35,704 bases of DNA. Origin: a virus. Lineage: Duplodnaviria > Caudoviricetes. The DNA lies in IMG/VR virus record IMGVR_UViG_3300036716_001267, positions 1 through 35,704 of that record. The stretch is one strand, 5' to 3'. Within the stretch, counting starts at the first letter, position 1. Each line of letters starts with the position of its first letter. Both the position numbers and the translations under genes were made by a program. A model generated the notes under the pieces. It ran no database searches and was not told the origin of the DNA. It saw nothing but the letters and a program-made list of their open reading frames with translations. Positions 1 to 8,444 of the stretch are shown in pieces.

Positions 1-165
1 CTTGCCGCGGGTTTGGCTTACTACATAGCAATTAAGAAAGCGCCGGACCGAATACAGCTTCTTAAAGCTCTGTACGAAGAAGAGATGCAGCGTGCGATGG
101 ATGAAGACCGGGATAGAGCGTCTTTCAACGTGGTACCTAGTTTAGCTTATTCCAGAGGTAGATAA
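1..165 (+). CDS. C-terminal fragment of a virion head-tail adaptor-like protein (5' partial)
   Basis: Frame 1 is open from base 1: LAAGLAYYIAIKKAPDRIQLLKALYEEEMQRAMDEDRDRASFNVVP...; TAA at 163-165 overlaps the next ATG. Not in the ORF track. Confidence 0.7.
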   Translation, partial: LAAGLAYYIAIKKAPDRIQLLKALYEEEMQRAMDEDRDRASFNVVPSLAYSRGR

Positions 166-470
166 TGGGTAAGTTTGCTGTCGGCAAAAAAGCTTATGGC
201 ATTTCGGACCGTTCCGGCTTTCGTTATAGACTTAACGACATGCAGAAAGAGTGGACGGGGATGCTTGTGGGACGGGATGAGTTTGAGGTTAAACAACCTC
301 AACTTAACCCTCGCCGCAAAGTTATTGACCCGCAAGCTTTACGCGATGCTCGCCCGGATAGGGTAGAACCTACCGTTATTTATGCAGGTCTTCCTTTGGT
401 GACGGATCCTAGTTTAGGCCCAGTTACGGCCTTTGGGCAAGTTGGTAGTGTTACGGTGGTAACCACATGA
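165..470 (+). CDS. Phage hypothetical protein, virion module
   Basis: 101 aa, coupled on both sides (TAATG, ATGA). Confidence 0.75.
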   Translation: MGKFAVGKKAYGISDRSGFRYRLNDMQKEWTGMLVGRDEFEVKQPQLNPRRKVIDPQALRDARPDRVEPTVIYAGLPLVTDPSLGPVTAFGQVGSVTVVTT

Positions 471-1117
471 GTTTTACTTACGATCAATTAAAAACGGCAA
501 TACAAGATTACACGCAAAACGAAGAAACAAGTTTTGTGAATAACTTGCCGGTTTTTATACGCGTGGCGGAAGAGCGTATTTTAAAGAACGTTCAGCTTAC
601 TCTTTTTCGTAAAAACGCCACGGCAAACCTAACGGCAAGTAATCAATATCTTTCGGCACCTAGCGATTTTTTAGCGCCATTTTCTTTATCGTATACCGAC
701 GCAAGTAACGACAAGCATTTTTTGGACTACAAAGACGTTAACTTTGTTCAATCTTTTAATCCGGATGCGTCCACTACGGGAGCGCCGCGTTACTACGCAT
801 TTTTTGACGTTAGTAATTTTTTAATAGGCCCTACTCCAAATGGCGCATTTGCGGTAGAGCTTCACTACTTCTATCGCCCGGCAAGTTTAACTTCCGGTCT
901 TGGGGGTGGTACTACTTGGTTAAGTACAAATGCGGAAGTAGCTCTTTTATACGGTTGTTTGATTGAAGCCTATACCTACATGAAAGGTGAAGCAGATGTC
1001 ATGCAAGAGTATGAAAAACGTTTTGTAGAAGCCGTAACATCTTTGAAGAACTTCGGCGAAGCAAAAGAAGTTACCGATGCATACCGAACCGGACTTATCA
1101 TTAGAGATAAAGCTTAA
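467..1117 (+). CDS. Head-tail adaptor/connector-like protein
   Basis: TYDQLKTAIQDY...FIRVAEERI, G-x-P-x-YY, IGPTP and LLYGCLIEAY pattern typical of podovirus adaptor proteins. Confidence 0.7.
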   Translation: MSFTYDQLKTAIQDYTQNEETSFVNNLPVFIRVAEERILKNVQLTLFRKNATANLTASNQYLSAPSDFLAPFSLSYTDASNDKHFLDYKDVNFVQSFNPDASTTGAPRYYAFFDVSNFLIGPTPNGAFAVELHYFYRPASLTSGLGGGTTWLSTNAEVALLYGCLIEAYTYMKGEADVMQEYEKRFVEAVTSLKNFGEAKEVTDAYRTGLIIRDKA

Positions 1118-1135
1118 TTTAAAGAGGAAACACAA

Positions 1136-1570
1136 ATGGCTATTTCACAGGCTATGGCAACATCATTCAAAGTTGAAATCCTTGGTGGAGACTTTGATTT
1201 TAGTTCAGGCACATCACAGGTCTTTAAACTGGCCCTTTACACGTCGTCAGCTACGCTAGGCGCAACCACTACTGCGTATTCTGCGACCAATGAGGTTTCG
1301 GGCACAGGTTACTCTGCTGGCGGCGGCACGCTGACTATTTCAGCAAATCCAGCTTCGAGCGGCACAACAGCGTTCTTGGACTTTGCCGATCTCACGTTCT
1401 CTACGGCAACTATTACTGCTCGTGGTGCGCTTATCTACTTGGCGAACGGCGGCACTAACCCTGCTGTTGCAGTTCTGGACTTCGGTTCGGATAAGACTTC
1501 TACGGCGGGTGACTTTACTATTGTCTTCCCAGCGGCTGACGCGAGCAACGCGATCATACGTATCGCTTAA
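1136..1570 (+). CDS. Virion structural protein (tail-associated)
   Basis: FKLALYTSSA...NEVSGTGYSAGG...TARGALIY...DFTIVFP beta-rich pattern; RBS GAGGA upstream. Confidence 0.7.
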   Translation: MAISQAMATSFKVEILGGDFDFSSGTSQVFKLALYTSSATLGATTTAYSATNEVSGTGYSAGGGTLTISANPASSGTTAFLDFADLTFSTATITARGALIYLANGGTNPAVAVLDFGSDKTSTAGDFTIVFPAADASNAIIRIA

Positions 1571-1581
1571 GGTAGGCTGTA

Positions 1582-2286
1582 ATGGCTGACGTTACGGTTC
1601 CACTAGCCGGTTGGGGATTCAGCACTTGGGGTACAGATTCGTGGGGCGAAGGTAATGCCCTGCCAGTCGCTACAGGTGAAGTTGGTTCCGTAACCGTAAT
1701 TGAAGGCTTTGCGACAAGCGTAGCCGTTACGGGGGTTACCGCTAACTTTGTAATTGGCAATACCGTAGTACAAGGCGATAAGAGCGGCCTAGTTTTAGGT
1801 AACTCCGCTACGGGTGAGGTTGGTAACCCGACAGTTACGGGTACCGCTGTATTCTCGGTCACTGGGGTTGAAGGCACTACGGCACTCGGAAATTCGGTGG
1901 CAAGTGCTGCTGCGGACGTTTCTGTTACCGGTGTTGAAGGCACTGTCGCTCTAGGATCTGCCAATGTCCAGCAAGGTGCGGGGGTAAATCCCGTTGGAGT
2001 TCAAGGCACCACTGCTTTAGGTACGGTAAGCGTTACAGCAGATGCTATAATCCCTGAAACCGGCCTGCAAGCAACGTCGGCACTGGGCAGTGTTACGGTA
2101 GACTTAATCCAAGCGGTTAACGTGACCAGCGTTACTGGTACAGCAATACTAGGCCAAACTTCTGAAAATGGCGCAGGTATAGTCTCCGTCACAGGGGTAC
2201 AAGCTATAGGACAGTCCGGAACAGTTCTTGTTTGGGGTGAAATAGTTCCGGGCGGAGACGCTAATTGGACGGAGATAGCAGCATGA
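1582..2286 (+). CDS. V/T/G-rich repetitive tail-associated protein
   Basis: Recurring ~21-22 aa units like V-S-V-T-G-V-x-G-T-x-A-L-G-x-V; N-terminal GWG..TWG..SWG. Confidence 0.7.
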   Translation: MADVTVPLAGWGFSTWGTDSWGEGNALPVATGEVGSVTVIEGFATSVAVTGVTANFVIGNTVVQGDKSGLVLGNSATGEVGNPTVTGTAVFSVTGVEGTTALGNSVASAAADVSVTGVEGTVALGSANVQQGAGVNPVGVQGTTALGTVSVTADAIIPETGLQATSALGSVTVDLIQAVNVTSVTGTAILGQTSENGAGIVSVTGVQAIGQSGTVLVWGEIVPGGDANWTEIAA

Positions 2287-2495
2287 AGATATTAAACGAA
2301 GCAAAAACCTTGGGCGATACAATAGACCCGAAGCATGAAATTGAAGTGGTATGCCATAATTGCGGGTATGATGTAGACGAGACGGAACTAAGCTCCGATA
2401 CTTGCTCAGATTGTGGCGAAGCACTAAACTTACGACAGAATACAAAGATTTACGCGACTACAATACCCGCTGCCGGTGGCAGTACACTAGTATAA
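2283..2495 (+). CDS. Small zinc-ribbon protein
   Basis: CHNC...CSDC. Start reassigned to ATG 2283 (ATGA overlap, GGAGA upstream). Confidence 0.7.
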   Translation: MKILNEAKTLGDTIDPKHEIEVVCHNCGYDVDETELSSDTCSDCGEALNLRQNTKIYATTIPAAGGSTLV

Positions 2496-2511
2496 GTACT
2501 GGAGAAACCTA

Positions 2512-3789
2512 ATGGCTACTTATGTAAACAACCTCCGCCTCAAGGAGATCACCACGGGTGATGAAGATGGCACGTGGGGCACCAGTACCAATACTAACCT
2601 TGAGCTGATTACTGACGGTTTTAGCGCAGGTACTAAGCAGCTTGCCGCAGACGCCGATGAAACCTTTACAATGCCTGACGGCACGGCAGACGACACCCGT
2701 TCGTTTTTACTCGCGTTTACTTCGGCGGTATCGCTAACAGCGACTCGCGTGGTTACGCTTGGCCCAAACACAATATCTAAAGTGTGGATTATCGACAACC
2801 TTACTTCTGGCGGCCAGATTATTACGATCAAGCAAGGCTCAGGTGCTACGGTAGACATTCCAAACGGCGCTAAGGTCATGATCGTCACAGACGGTGCGGG
2901 CGCAGGAGCTGCGGCTTATAATGCTAACCCCACAGCCGCCTCTGGCGGCACAGTAACGAGCGTAGGCGGTACGGGCACAGTTAACGGGATTACCCTGACT
3001 GGCACGGTAACTACCTCCGGCAACCTCACACTTGGCGGTACACTGGCCAACGTCGATCTGACTACCCAAGTGACCGGAACACTACCTGTAGCCAACGGTG
3101 GAACGGGGATTACTTCTTTTGGCGCAGGCATTGCAGATTGGTTAGGTACGCCTTCTAGTGCAAACCTTGCCACTGCGGTAACAGACGAAACAGGTTCAGG
3201 ACTTGTTGTATTTAACGTAAGCCCCGCGCTTACTAGCCCCGCAATAACAACGGGAATCAACGACGCAAACACCAACGAAATACTTAAGTTTTCGGCTACA
3301 GGCTCTGCGGTTAACGAAATTACGTTAGCAAACGCTGCCACTGGGGGCCACCCATCTTTATCCGCCACGGGTACCGACACTAACATAGGTTTAGATATAG
3401 CCCCCAAAGGCACTGGCGAATTTAATGTCACCTCAAGCTTTATGTCGGGTGTGTTTTCGGACCGTGTATCTGTTATTGGTAATACGGGAACATCGCAAAC
3501 CATTGACTGCGACGACGGCAACGTATTTACTGCGACCCTAACCGGAAACTGTACCTTTACCTTAGCTACCCCTAACGGTATCTCTAATAGGGCTACGTCG
3601 TTCACGCTAATTCTTACTAACGATGCCACGGCCTCTAGGACAGTTGCTTTTGCAGGCGGTACATTCCAATACCCCGGCGGTTCTGTTAGCCGCTCTACCG
3701 GAGCTAACGAGACAGACATTTGGTTCTTTTTCTCTCCAGACAACGGAACAACGTGGTATGTCACGTTACCCGCTAAAAACTTCTCTTAA
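2512..3789 (+). CDS. Tail fibre protein
   Basis: N-terminal TGDEDGTWGTSTNTNLELI anchor-type motif, GTVTSVG and GTLPVANGGTG fibre motifs, T/G/A-rich, C-terminal beta domain ending DNGTTWY. Confidence 0.8.
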   Translation: MATYVNNLRLKEITTGDEDGTWGTSTNTNLELITDGFSAGTKQLAADADETFTMPDGTADDTRSFLLAFTSAVSLTATRVVTLGPNTISKVWIIDNLTSGGQIITIKQGSGATVDIPNGAKVMIVTDGAGAGAAAYNANPTAASGGTVTSVGGTGTVNGITLTGTVTTSGNLTLGGTLANVDLTTQVTGTLPVANGGTGITSFGAGIADWLGTPSSANLATAVTDETGSGLVVFNVSPALTSPAITTGINDANTNEILKFSATGSAVNEITLANAATGGHPSLSATGTDTNIGLDIAPKGTGEFNVTSSFMSGVFSDRVSVIGNTGTSQTIDCDDGNVFTATLTGNCTFTLATPNGISNRATSFTLILTNDATASRTVAFAGGTFQYPGGSVSRSTGANETDIWFFFSPDNGTTWYVTLPAKNFS

Positions 3790-3816
3790 TTTAAGACAGC
3801 CGAGGAGGCTACTAGC

Positions 3817-4053
3817 ATGGCACTAACACCAGAAATGCAAGCAACAGTCGATATGCAAAATGCCACAGAAAATAACCGCGCCGCCAATCAAGCCGCGTCT
3901 CAAAGTAAACAAGTAAAACTTGAAATGATGCGTATGGCTAAAGAAATACTAGTCGAAAATCGTCGTACTCAAGCTGCGGCGGACGCTACGGACATTACAG
4001 CCAGTGCCGTAACTGCCTTAGCTACAGATTTGACTGCATTTGTAAATAGTTAA
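3817..4053 (+). CDS. Hypothetical helical protein
   Basis: 78 aa, strong RBS GAGGAGG, TAATG-coupled to the first oxygenase. Confidence 0.75.
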   Translation: MALTPEMQATVDMQNATENNRAANQAASQSKQVKLEMMRMAKEILVENRRTQAAADATDITASAVTALATDLTAFVNS

Positions 4054-4631
4054 TGGAAGCGTATGCGTATTTCTCAACGCCTATATACCGTGAAGAGCGG
4101 TCAGAGTGGGTGGAAGAAACGCTAAAGCATACGCAGAAATACTATGAACAACTGGAGCCATCGGTAGTTAAACAGACTACGCACATGGCAAATGACCCCG
4201 ATCTTGGGTACTTGACCTCTTATTTTCGAGATAAGGGCGTTAGTATTTTAAAGGATCAGGGTTATTTAACAGATGAGTATGAGTTTTACGTGTCTGGAAT
4301 GTGGGGGCAGGAGTTTGCGTGTACTGGCAGTAATATTATGCACGTGCATGGGGATAGCCAAATATCGGGGTTTTATTTCTTAGAAGTGCCGGAAGGCGGG
4401 TCGTACCCTATATTTGATGACCCAAGACCGGGTAAGCGTATGGCAGACCTGTGGGCATCGCCTAGCGATCAAGTTACAATGGCTACGCCTCAGGTACACT
4501 TTAACAACGTGCAAGCGGGGACGATGATGCTATTTAACTCGTGGTTACCGCACATGATTACACCGAACCAATCTAATAATCCGACAAAGTTTATACACTT
4601 TATTTTGTCGCAAAACAAAAGGTTTGTTTAA
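4053..4631 (+). CDS. Putative 2OG-Fe(II) oxygenase (TIGR02466-like)
   Basis: HVH...ISGFYFL...FDDPRP...FNSWLPH motifs. Confidence 0.85.
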   Translation: MEAYAYFSTPIYREERSEWVEETLKHTQKYYEQLEPSVVKQTTHMANDPDLGYLTSYFRDKGVSILKDQGYLTDEYEFYVSGMWGQEFACTGSNIMHVHGDSQISGFYFLEVPEGGSYPIFDDPRPGKRMADLWASPSDQVTMATPQVHFNNVQAGTMMLFNSWLPHMITPNQSNNPTKFIHFILSQNKRFV

Positions 4632-5215
4632 TGCAGCATTTGCTGACGCCGTACTCTAGAAAGATAGAAGCCTTTGCATGGTGGGAAGGCGCATTTACTG
4701 AAGAACAACTGGATTGGCTGCAACAGAAAGCTAAAGAAGCTACGCAAGAGGCTATGGTTGGTGGCGAAAATCGCGGTGAAGTTAACGATAAGATAAGGCG
4801 TTCAGAACTTAACTGGTTAAGCAAAGACCCCGAATGTGGATGGCTTTTTGAAAAACTAGCGCACGTCGCATCAAGCTTAAATTCAGACTATTTTGGTTTT
4901 GATTTAATCGGATTTGGTGAGCCTTTACAGCTAACTAACTACCACGAGGCTAGGCAGGGGAACTATACTTGGCATCAGGATTTTGGGGCGACTGGAATAG
5001 CGCGTAAACTTTCTATGGTGCTTCAACTTTCTGATCCTAGCGAGTATGAAGGTGGAGAACTACAAATACTAACCACTAGCCAAGCTACAAGTGTCCCGAA
5101 AAAACGAGGGACTATAACGGTCTTCCCCGCGTGGACACTACACCAAGTCACTCCGGTGACTAAGGGTACAAGGCAAACATTGGTAGCGTGGATTTCAGGG
5201 CCTCCGTTTAAATGA
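4631..5215 (+). CDS. 2OG-Fe(II) oxygenase, PKHD/prolyl-hydroxylase-like
   Basis: YTWHQD, RKLSMVLQLSDPSEYEGGEL, VFPAWTLHQVTPVTKGTR: complete HxD...H triad and 2OG-binding Arg. Confidence 0.92.
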   Translation: MQHLLTPYSRKIEAFAWWEGAFTEEQLDWLQQKAKEATQEAMVGGENRGEVNDKIRRSELNWLSKDPECGWLFEKLAHVASSLNSDYFGFDLIGFGEPLQLTNYHEARQGNYTWHQDFGATGIARKLSMVLQLSDPSEYEGGELQILTTSQATSVPKKRGTITVFPAWTLHQVTPVTKGTRQTLVAWISGPPFK

Positions 5216-5808
5216 AAATAGAATATAAAGATTTTATTGGTGTATTTTCGGATGTTTACCCCGATGGGTTCTGCCAACATCTTATGGCAGAGTTTGACCG
5301 TAACCAAACTCTTGGCGCAGGCACTGACCGTCAGAATGGAGAGGGCGCAGACAAGCATCGAAAGGACGACTACCAAATTTTTTCGAACGGTAAAAACATA
5401 AATTTTGAGGACTTTGACGGCAAGAATACGGTAGATATGTTTTTTAATGGGCTTCAGCGTTGTTTTCAAGTATACGGAAACGAATTTTCTGTTATTAAAG
5501 ACGTAAAAATAAACTGCAACAACATGAAAATGCAAAAGACCTCCACTGGAGGGGGCTACCATGTATGGCATGGTGAGCAAGGTAATGGACACCAAGCTAA
5601 CAGGAGTCTTGTTTACATGCTTTACCTCAATACGTTACCTGAAAACGCTAACGGAGAAACTGAGTTTTTATACCAACAGCGTAGAATAAGCCCGGTTGAA
5701 AATACAATGGTACTTTGGCCCGCAGCCTTTACCCACGCTCATAGAGGTAACCCGGTTTACGGAGACAACTCAAAATACATAGTGACTGGGTGGTTTTATA
5801 ATGAGTAG
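5212..5808 (+). CDS. 2OG-Fe(II) oxygenase, prolyl 4-hydroxylase-like
   Basis: YHVWHGE, YMLYLN, GETEF, WPAAFTHAHRGNP, KYIVTGW. Confidence 0.9.
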   Translation: MKIEYKDFIGVFSDVYPDGFCQHLMAEFDRNQTLGAGTDRQNGEGADKHRKDDYQIFSNGKNINFEDFDGKNTVDMFFNGLQRCFQVYGNEFSVIKDVKINCNNMKMQKTSTGGGYHVWHGEQGNGHQANRSLVYMLYLNTLPENANGETEFLYQQRRISPVENTMVLWPAAFTHAHRGNPVYGDNSKYIVTGWFYNE

Positions 5809-6382
5809 CTACCCGACTCTTGGTTACAAATCAGTGGATAATTTTATAGATGGAAAAACCACAAAAATAATTTCTCAGTATCTTGAAAATAAAATACTCA
5901 GAGGAGATTGGGATTCCGTAAAAGAAAAGACCGTACTACAGCCTAGCGTTTTTGAAAGATACGCAGACCCCTTGGCAGAGGTAATGCTTATTCAGTATCA
6001 GAATGCGGTAGAGCAACATACCGGATTGTTGCTTTACCCAACGTATTCTTATTGCAGGGTATATCAAGGAGGCGATAAGCTCGTTTCTCACCTTGACAGA
6101 CTAGCGTGCGAAGTTAGTGTTTCAATTAACATTGCTTGTACAAAAGATTCTTGGCCCTTTTGGATTAAATATAAAAACAAAGCCTCCGAACAAATAAATT
6201 TAAAACCCGGTGATGCGGTTATATACAAAGGTTGCGAAGCTCGTCACTGGCGAGACGAATTGCCAAAGGGGTCAATAAATGTCCAACTTATGCTTCATTA
6301 TGTTAGCCAGAACGGACCTAATTCTAGACACAAATTTGACAAGAGAGATGTTATTGGCTCTCCCCCTAGACAAAAAAATTAG
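5801..6382 (+). CDS. 2OG-Fe(II) oxygenase-like protein
   Basis: YPTYSYCRVY...HLDRLACEVSVS...LKPGDAVIYKGC...HWR...LHYV. Confidence 0.85.
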   Translation: MSSYPTLGYKSVDNFIDGKTTKIISQYLENKILRGDWDSVKEKTVLQPSVFERYADPLAEVMLIQYQNAVEQHTGLLLYPTYSYCRVYQGGDKLVSHLDRLACEVSVSINIACTKDSWPFWIKYKNKASEQINLKPGDAVIYKGCEARHWRDELPKGSINVQLMLHYVSQNGPNSRHKFDKRDVIGSPPRQKN

Positions 6383-6391
6383 GAGTTAATT

Positions 6392-7414
6392 ATGCCTATA
6401 GGTACAAGTAAAGTAGGTTTGTTTGGTGGTAAACCAACTGTTCTGGCGGGAAGCGAAACTTTTAATTCTCCGGGAACTTTCACGGTACCGGACGGATTAG
6501 AAATTGTGGCGTTAACGGGTGTAGGAGCATCCGGTGCTGCGGGGAACCCCGGCAATAGCGGAGCAAATGGAGCCGGAGGAGCCGGAGGAGCCGGAGCAAC
6601 ACCCTGCCCTATTCCCGGCCCTGTCCGCCCCGCCCCTTGCTATGCTCCCGGAGGAAACGGAGGAAACGGTGCTAACGCAAATCCTTCCGGAACTTCAGGT
6701 AATGCGGGGAGTTCCGGCTCGGCTTCTACAGTTTTTTGTATTACCTTCTCCGGAGGAAATGGGGGCAACGCAGGCAACGCAGGCAACGCAGGCACCGGAG
6801 GTAACCCCGGAGTAGCCGGATCAAACGTCGCAGGTGTATCTTGCGGTTCCGCCGGCTGCAGCCCTGCAGCCTCGGGAGGTAACCCCGGAGGAGGCAATGG
6901 GGGCACGGGGCGGGCATACCGAAATGTTCTTTCAGGGCCAATAAGTGCATCCGTTTACTGCTCAAATGGCGGTGGCGGTGGCGGCGGTGCAGGAAGTTCT
7001 AACGCGGGGATCGATGGCACCGGCGGCCTTGGCTCACCGGGGGTTGGCGGGGCGGGTGGAACTTCTAGCGGCGGTGCCGGAGGGAATGGAAGCCAAAGAA
7101 GGGTTCAATGTAGCTCGCCAGCTAACTGCCAAACCACCCCTGCCAACAACGGTGGTAGTGTATCATCGTCCGATGGGGCAGGTGGCGGGGGAGGGGGTGG
7201 TGGTTCATTCGTTACCCTAAGTTGCGGATACGTCGCGGCAGGTGGCGGCGGTGGCGGCGGTGGGCGAGGAAGTGCCGGAAACCCGGGAAGTGCCGGTAAT
7301 CCCGGCAGCGCGGGTACCCCACAAAGTCACAATTGCGTGCCAGTAAGCGTGGGGTGTTATCCCGTGACGGTGCCCACGAATGGACAAGTAAATATTTCTT
7401 GGAACACTCAATAG
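6392..7414 (+). CDS. Glycine-rich fibre/receptor-binding-like protein with Gly-X-Y tracts
   Basis: TFNSPGTFTVPDG near the start and GQVNISW at the end, typical of phage Gly-rich domains; poly-Gly runs, repeated GNP/GNA/GSA triplets, 11 Cys; RBS AGGAG. Confidence 0.8.
   Translation: MPIGTSKVGLFGGKPTVLAGSETFNSPGTFTVPDGLEIVALTGVGASGAAGNPGNSGANGAGGAGGAGATPCPIPGPVRPAPCYAPGGNGGNGANANPSGTSGNAGSSGSASTVFCITFSGGNGGNAGNAGNAGTGGNPGVAGSNVAGVSCGSAGCSPAASGGNPGGGNGGTGRAYRNVLSGPISASVYCSNGGGGGGGAGSSNAGIDGTGGLGSPGVGGAGGTSSGGAGGNGSQRRVQCSSPANCQTTPANNGGSVSSSDGAGGGGGGGGSFVTLSCGYVAAGGGGGGGGRGSAGNPGSAGNPGSAGTPQSHNCVPVSVGCYPVTVPTNGQVNISWNTQ
6569..6595 (+). repeat. In-frame 9-bp tandem repeat GGAGCCGGA x3
   Basis: Read directly; encodes (GAG)3. 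Confidence 0.9.
6764..6790 (+). repeat. In-frame 9-bp tandem repeat GGCAACGCA x3
   Basis: Read directly; encodes (GNA)3. Confidence 0.9.
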
Positions 7415-7415
7415 T

Positions 7416-7913
7416 ATGACCGAAAAAGAACTTCAAAAAGAGATAAACCGTAGGCACAAACTACGCCAACTTGAAACTCTTGAAGCTAACGAAACGCGTG
7501 CACAATCTTTAACGGTGGGCACTGCGGGTGGTGGGAGCGTAGAAATTACAATGCGCAGCTCATCGGGTAGGTTTTTGTGGAACACATATCAACCTGTGGA
7601 AGTAGTGGAGTTTATAAATCAACTTGCGGCAGGGATAGGGTGCCATATACAAATTGTGCCTCGACAAGATTTTGCTAGTTGGCGGGACTGGAGAATAACT
7701 CCAGAAGAGTTAGAGCATGCTAGAGGCATACAACCATTTCAAGGCGTAGGCCATTCTCCACACCCTAAGATGTTGGGTAGAGAAGAGCATACTGCGGGTA
7801 TGGCGCAGAAAATTGCACCCCTTAAAAAAGAAGTTCAGGAGCAAGAAAATGTGGCAACTAAGAAAACTGTCAACAAACGAAGCACTAAGCGAAGCCGGAC
7901 CTCTTCCAAATAA
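7416..7913 (+). CDS. Hypothetical protein
   Basis: 165 aa, starts 1 nt after the Gly-rich gene stop; globular-looking core. Confidence 0.75.
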   Translation: MTEKELQKEINRRHKLRQLETLEANETRAQSLTVGTAGGGSVEITMRSSSGRFLWNTYQPVEVVEFINQLAAGIGCHIQIVPRQDFASWRDWRITPEELEHARGIQPFQGVGHSPHPKMLGREEHTAGMAQKIAPLKKEVQEQENVATKKTVNKRSTKRSRTSSK

Positions 7914-8220
7914 CTGGGGGCCTATCTTTGGTTTGCATGGTTTCCTAGACAAAATAGGGGATTTGTCGTGGGCAGGTCCCGCGTATGCCGACAAGGGTTG
8001 GGTTGAGCTTTCGTTAAGCAAGCAAGAAAAAGTAATTTCCGTAGAAGTTATGTCCCGGTTAGCCGTTAAAAAAGTGGAAGCAGAAAAAATTATAGGTTCT
8101 AACGACATAACAGTCGAACAAAAGGCAGCTTGGGTAAACTATCTTCTTTCTTTGGAATTAGTGCCGTTACAGGCGGACTTCCCGTTTGCGCCAAAAATAC
8201 CGGCTCCACCTGTAATTTGA
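7849..8220 (+). CDS. Tail-fibre assembly chaperone-like protein
   Basis: Start reassigned to ATG 7849 (CAGGAG upstream). The C-terminus EQKAAWVNYLLSLELVPLQADFPFAPKIPAPP resembles the WxxYRxxLRDxP...FP...WPxxP chaperone tail, in degenerate form. Confidence 0.6.
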   Translation: MWQLRKLSTNEALSEAGPLPNNWGPIFGLHGFLDKIGDLSWAGPAYADKGWVELSLSKQEKVISVEVMSRLAVKKVEAEKIIGSNDITVEQKAAWVNYLLSLELVPLQADFPFAPKIPAPPVI

Positions 8221-8444
8221 TGGCTAAATACCGTATAAGATTTAACAAATCCCGAGGGCGTCCGGGTCGAGGTACAGAAGAACACGTTTGGCGAGTGCTC
8301 CAAGAGAATACAGAGTGGTTAGCTAGGCACGTTATTATAGAAGTGCCCTCTCGTAGCGAACAGGAAGGTCAAGATTGGAATATAGTGTGTGAAGGCACAA
8401 TGTTGTTTTTCGGCGACACAGACACGGTGGTAATTACAAAATGA
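8220..8444 (+). CDS. Hypothetical protein
   Basis: MAKYRIRFNKSRG...; start reassigned to 8220 (TGATG overlap), ATGA overlap with the next gene. Confidence 0.7.
   Translation: MAKYRIRFNKSRGRPGRGTEEHVWRVLQENTEWLARHVIIEVPSRSEQEGQDWNIVCEGTMLFFGDTDTVVITK

Noticed and set aside
2916-3764. 282-aa antisense ORF (also 1554-1964, 5023-5595, 14038-14754, 16672-17124)
   Set aside because: Shadows of well-supported + strand genes with biased codon use; no recognisable motifs.
4053-6382. Oxygenases as TET/JBP-type DNA base modification enzymes
   Set aside because: They sit in the tail operon, away from replication genes, with no methyltransferase or nucleotide-modifying partner in the window, and their motifs fit other subfamilies. 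Disfavoured, not excluded.
7819-7830. A AAA AAG slippery heptamer suggesting a tail-chaperone frameshift
   Set aside because: It is phased in the downstream ORF's frame, so a -1 slip would not fuse the two genes, and the downstream gene has its own RBS and ATG at 7849.
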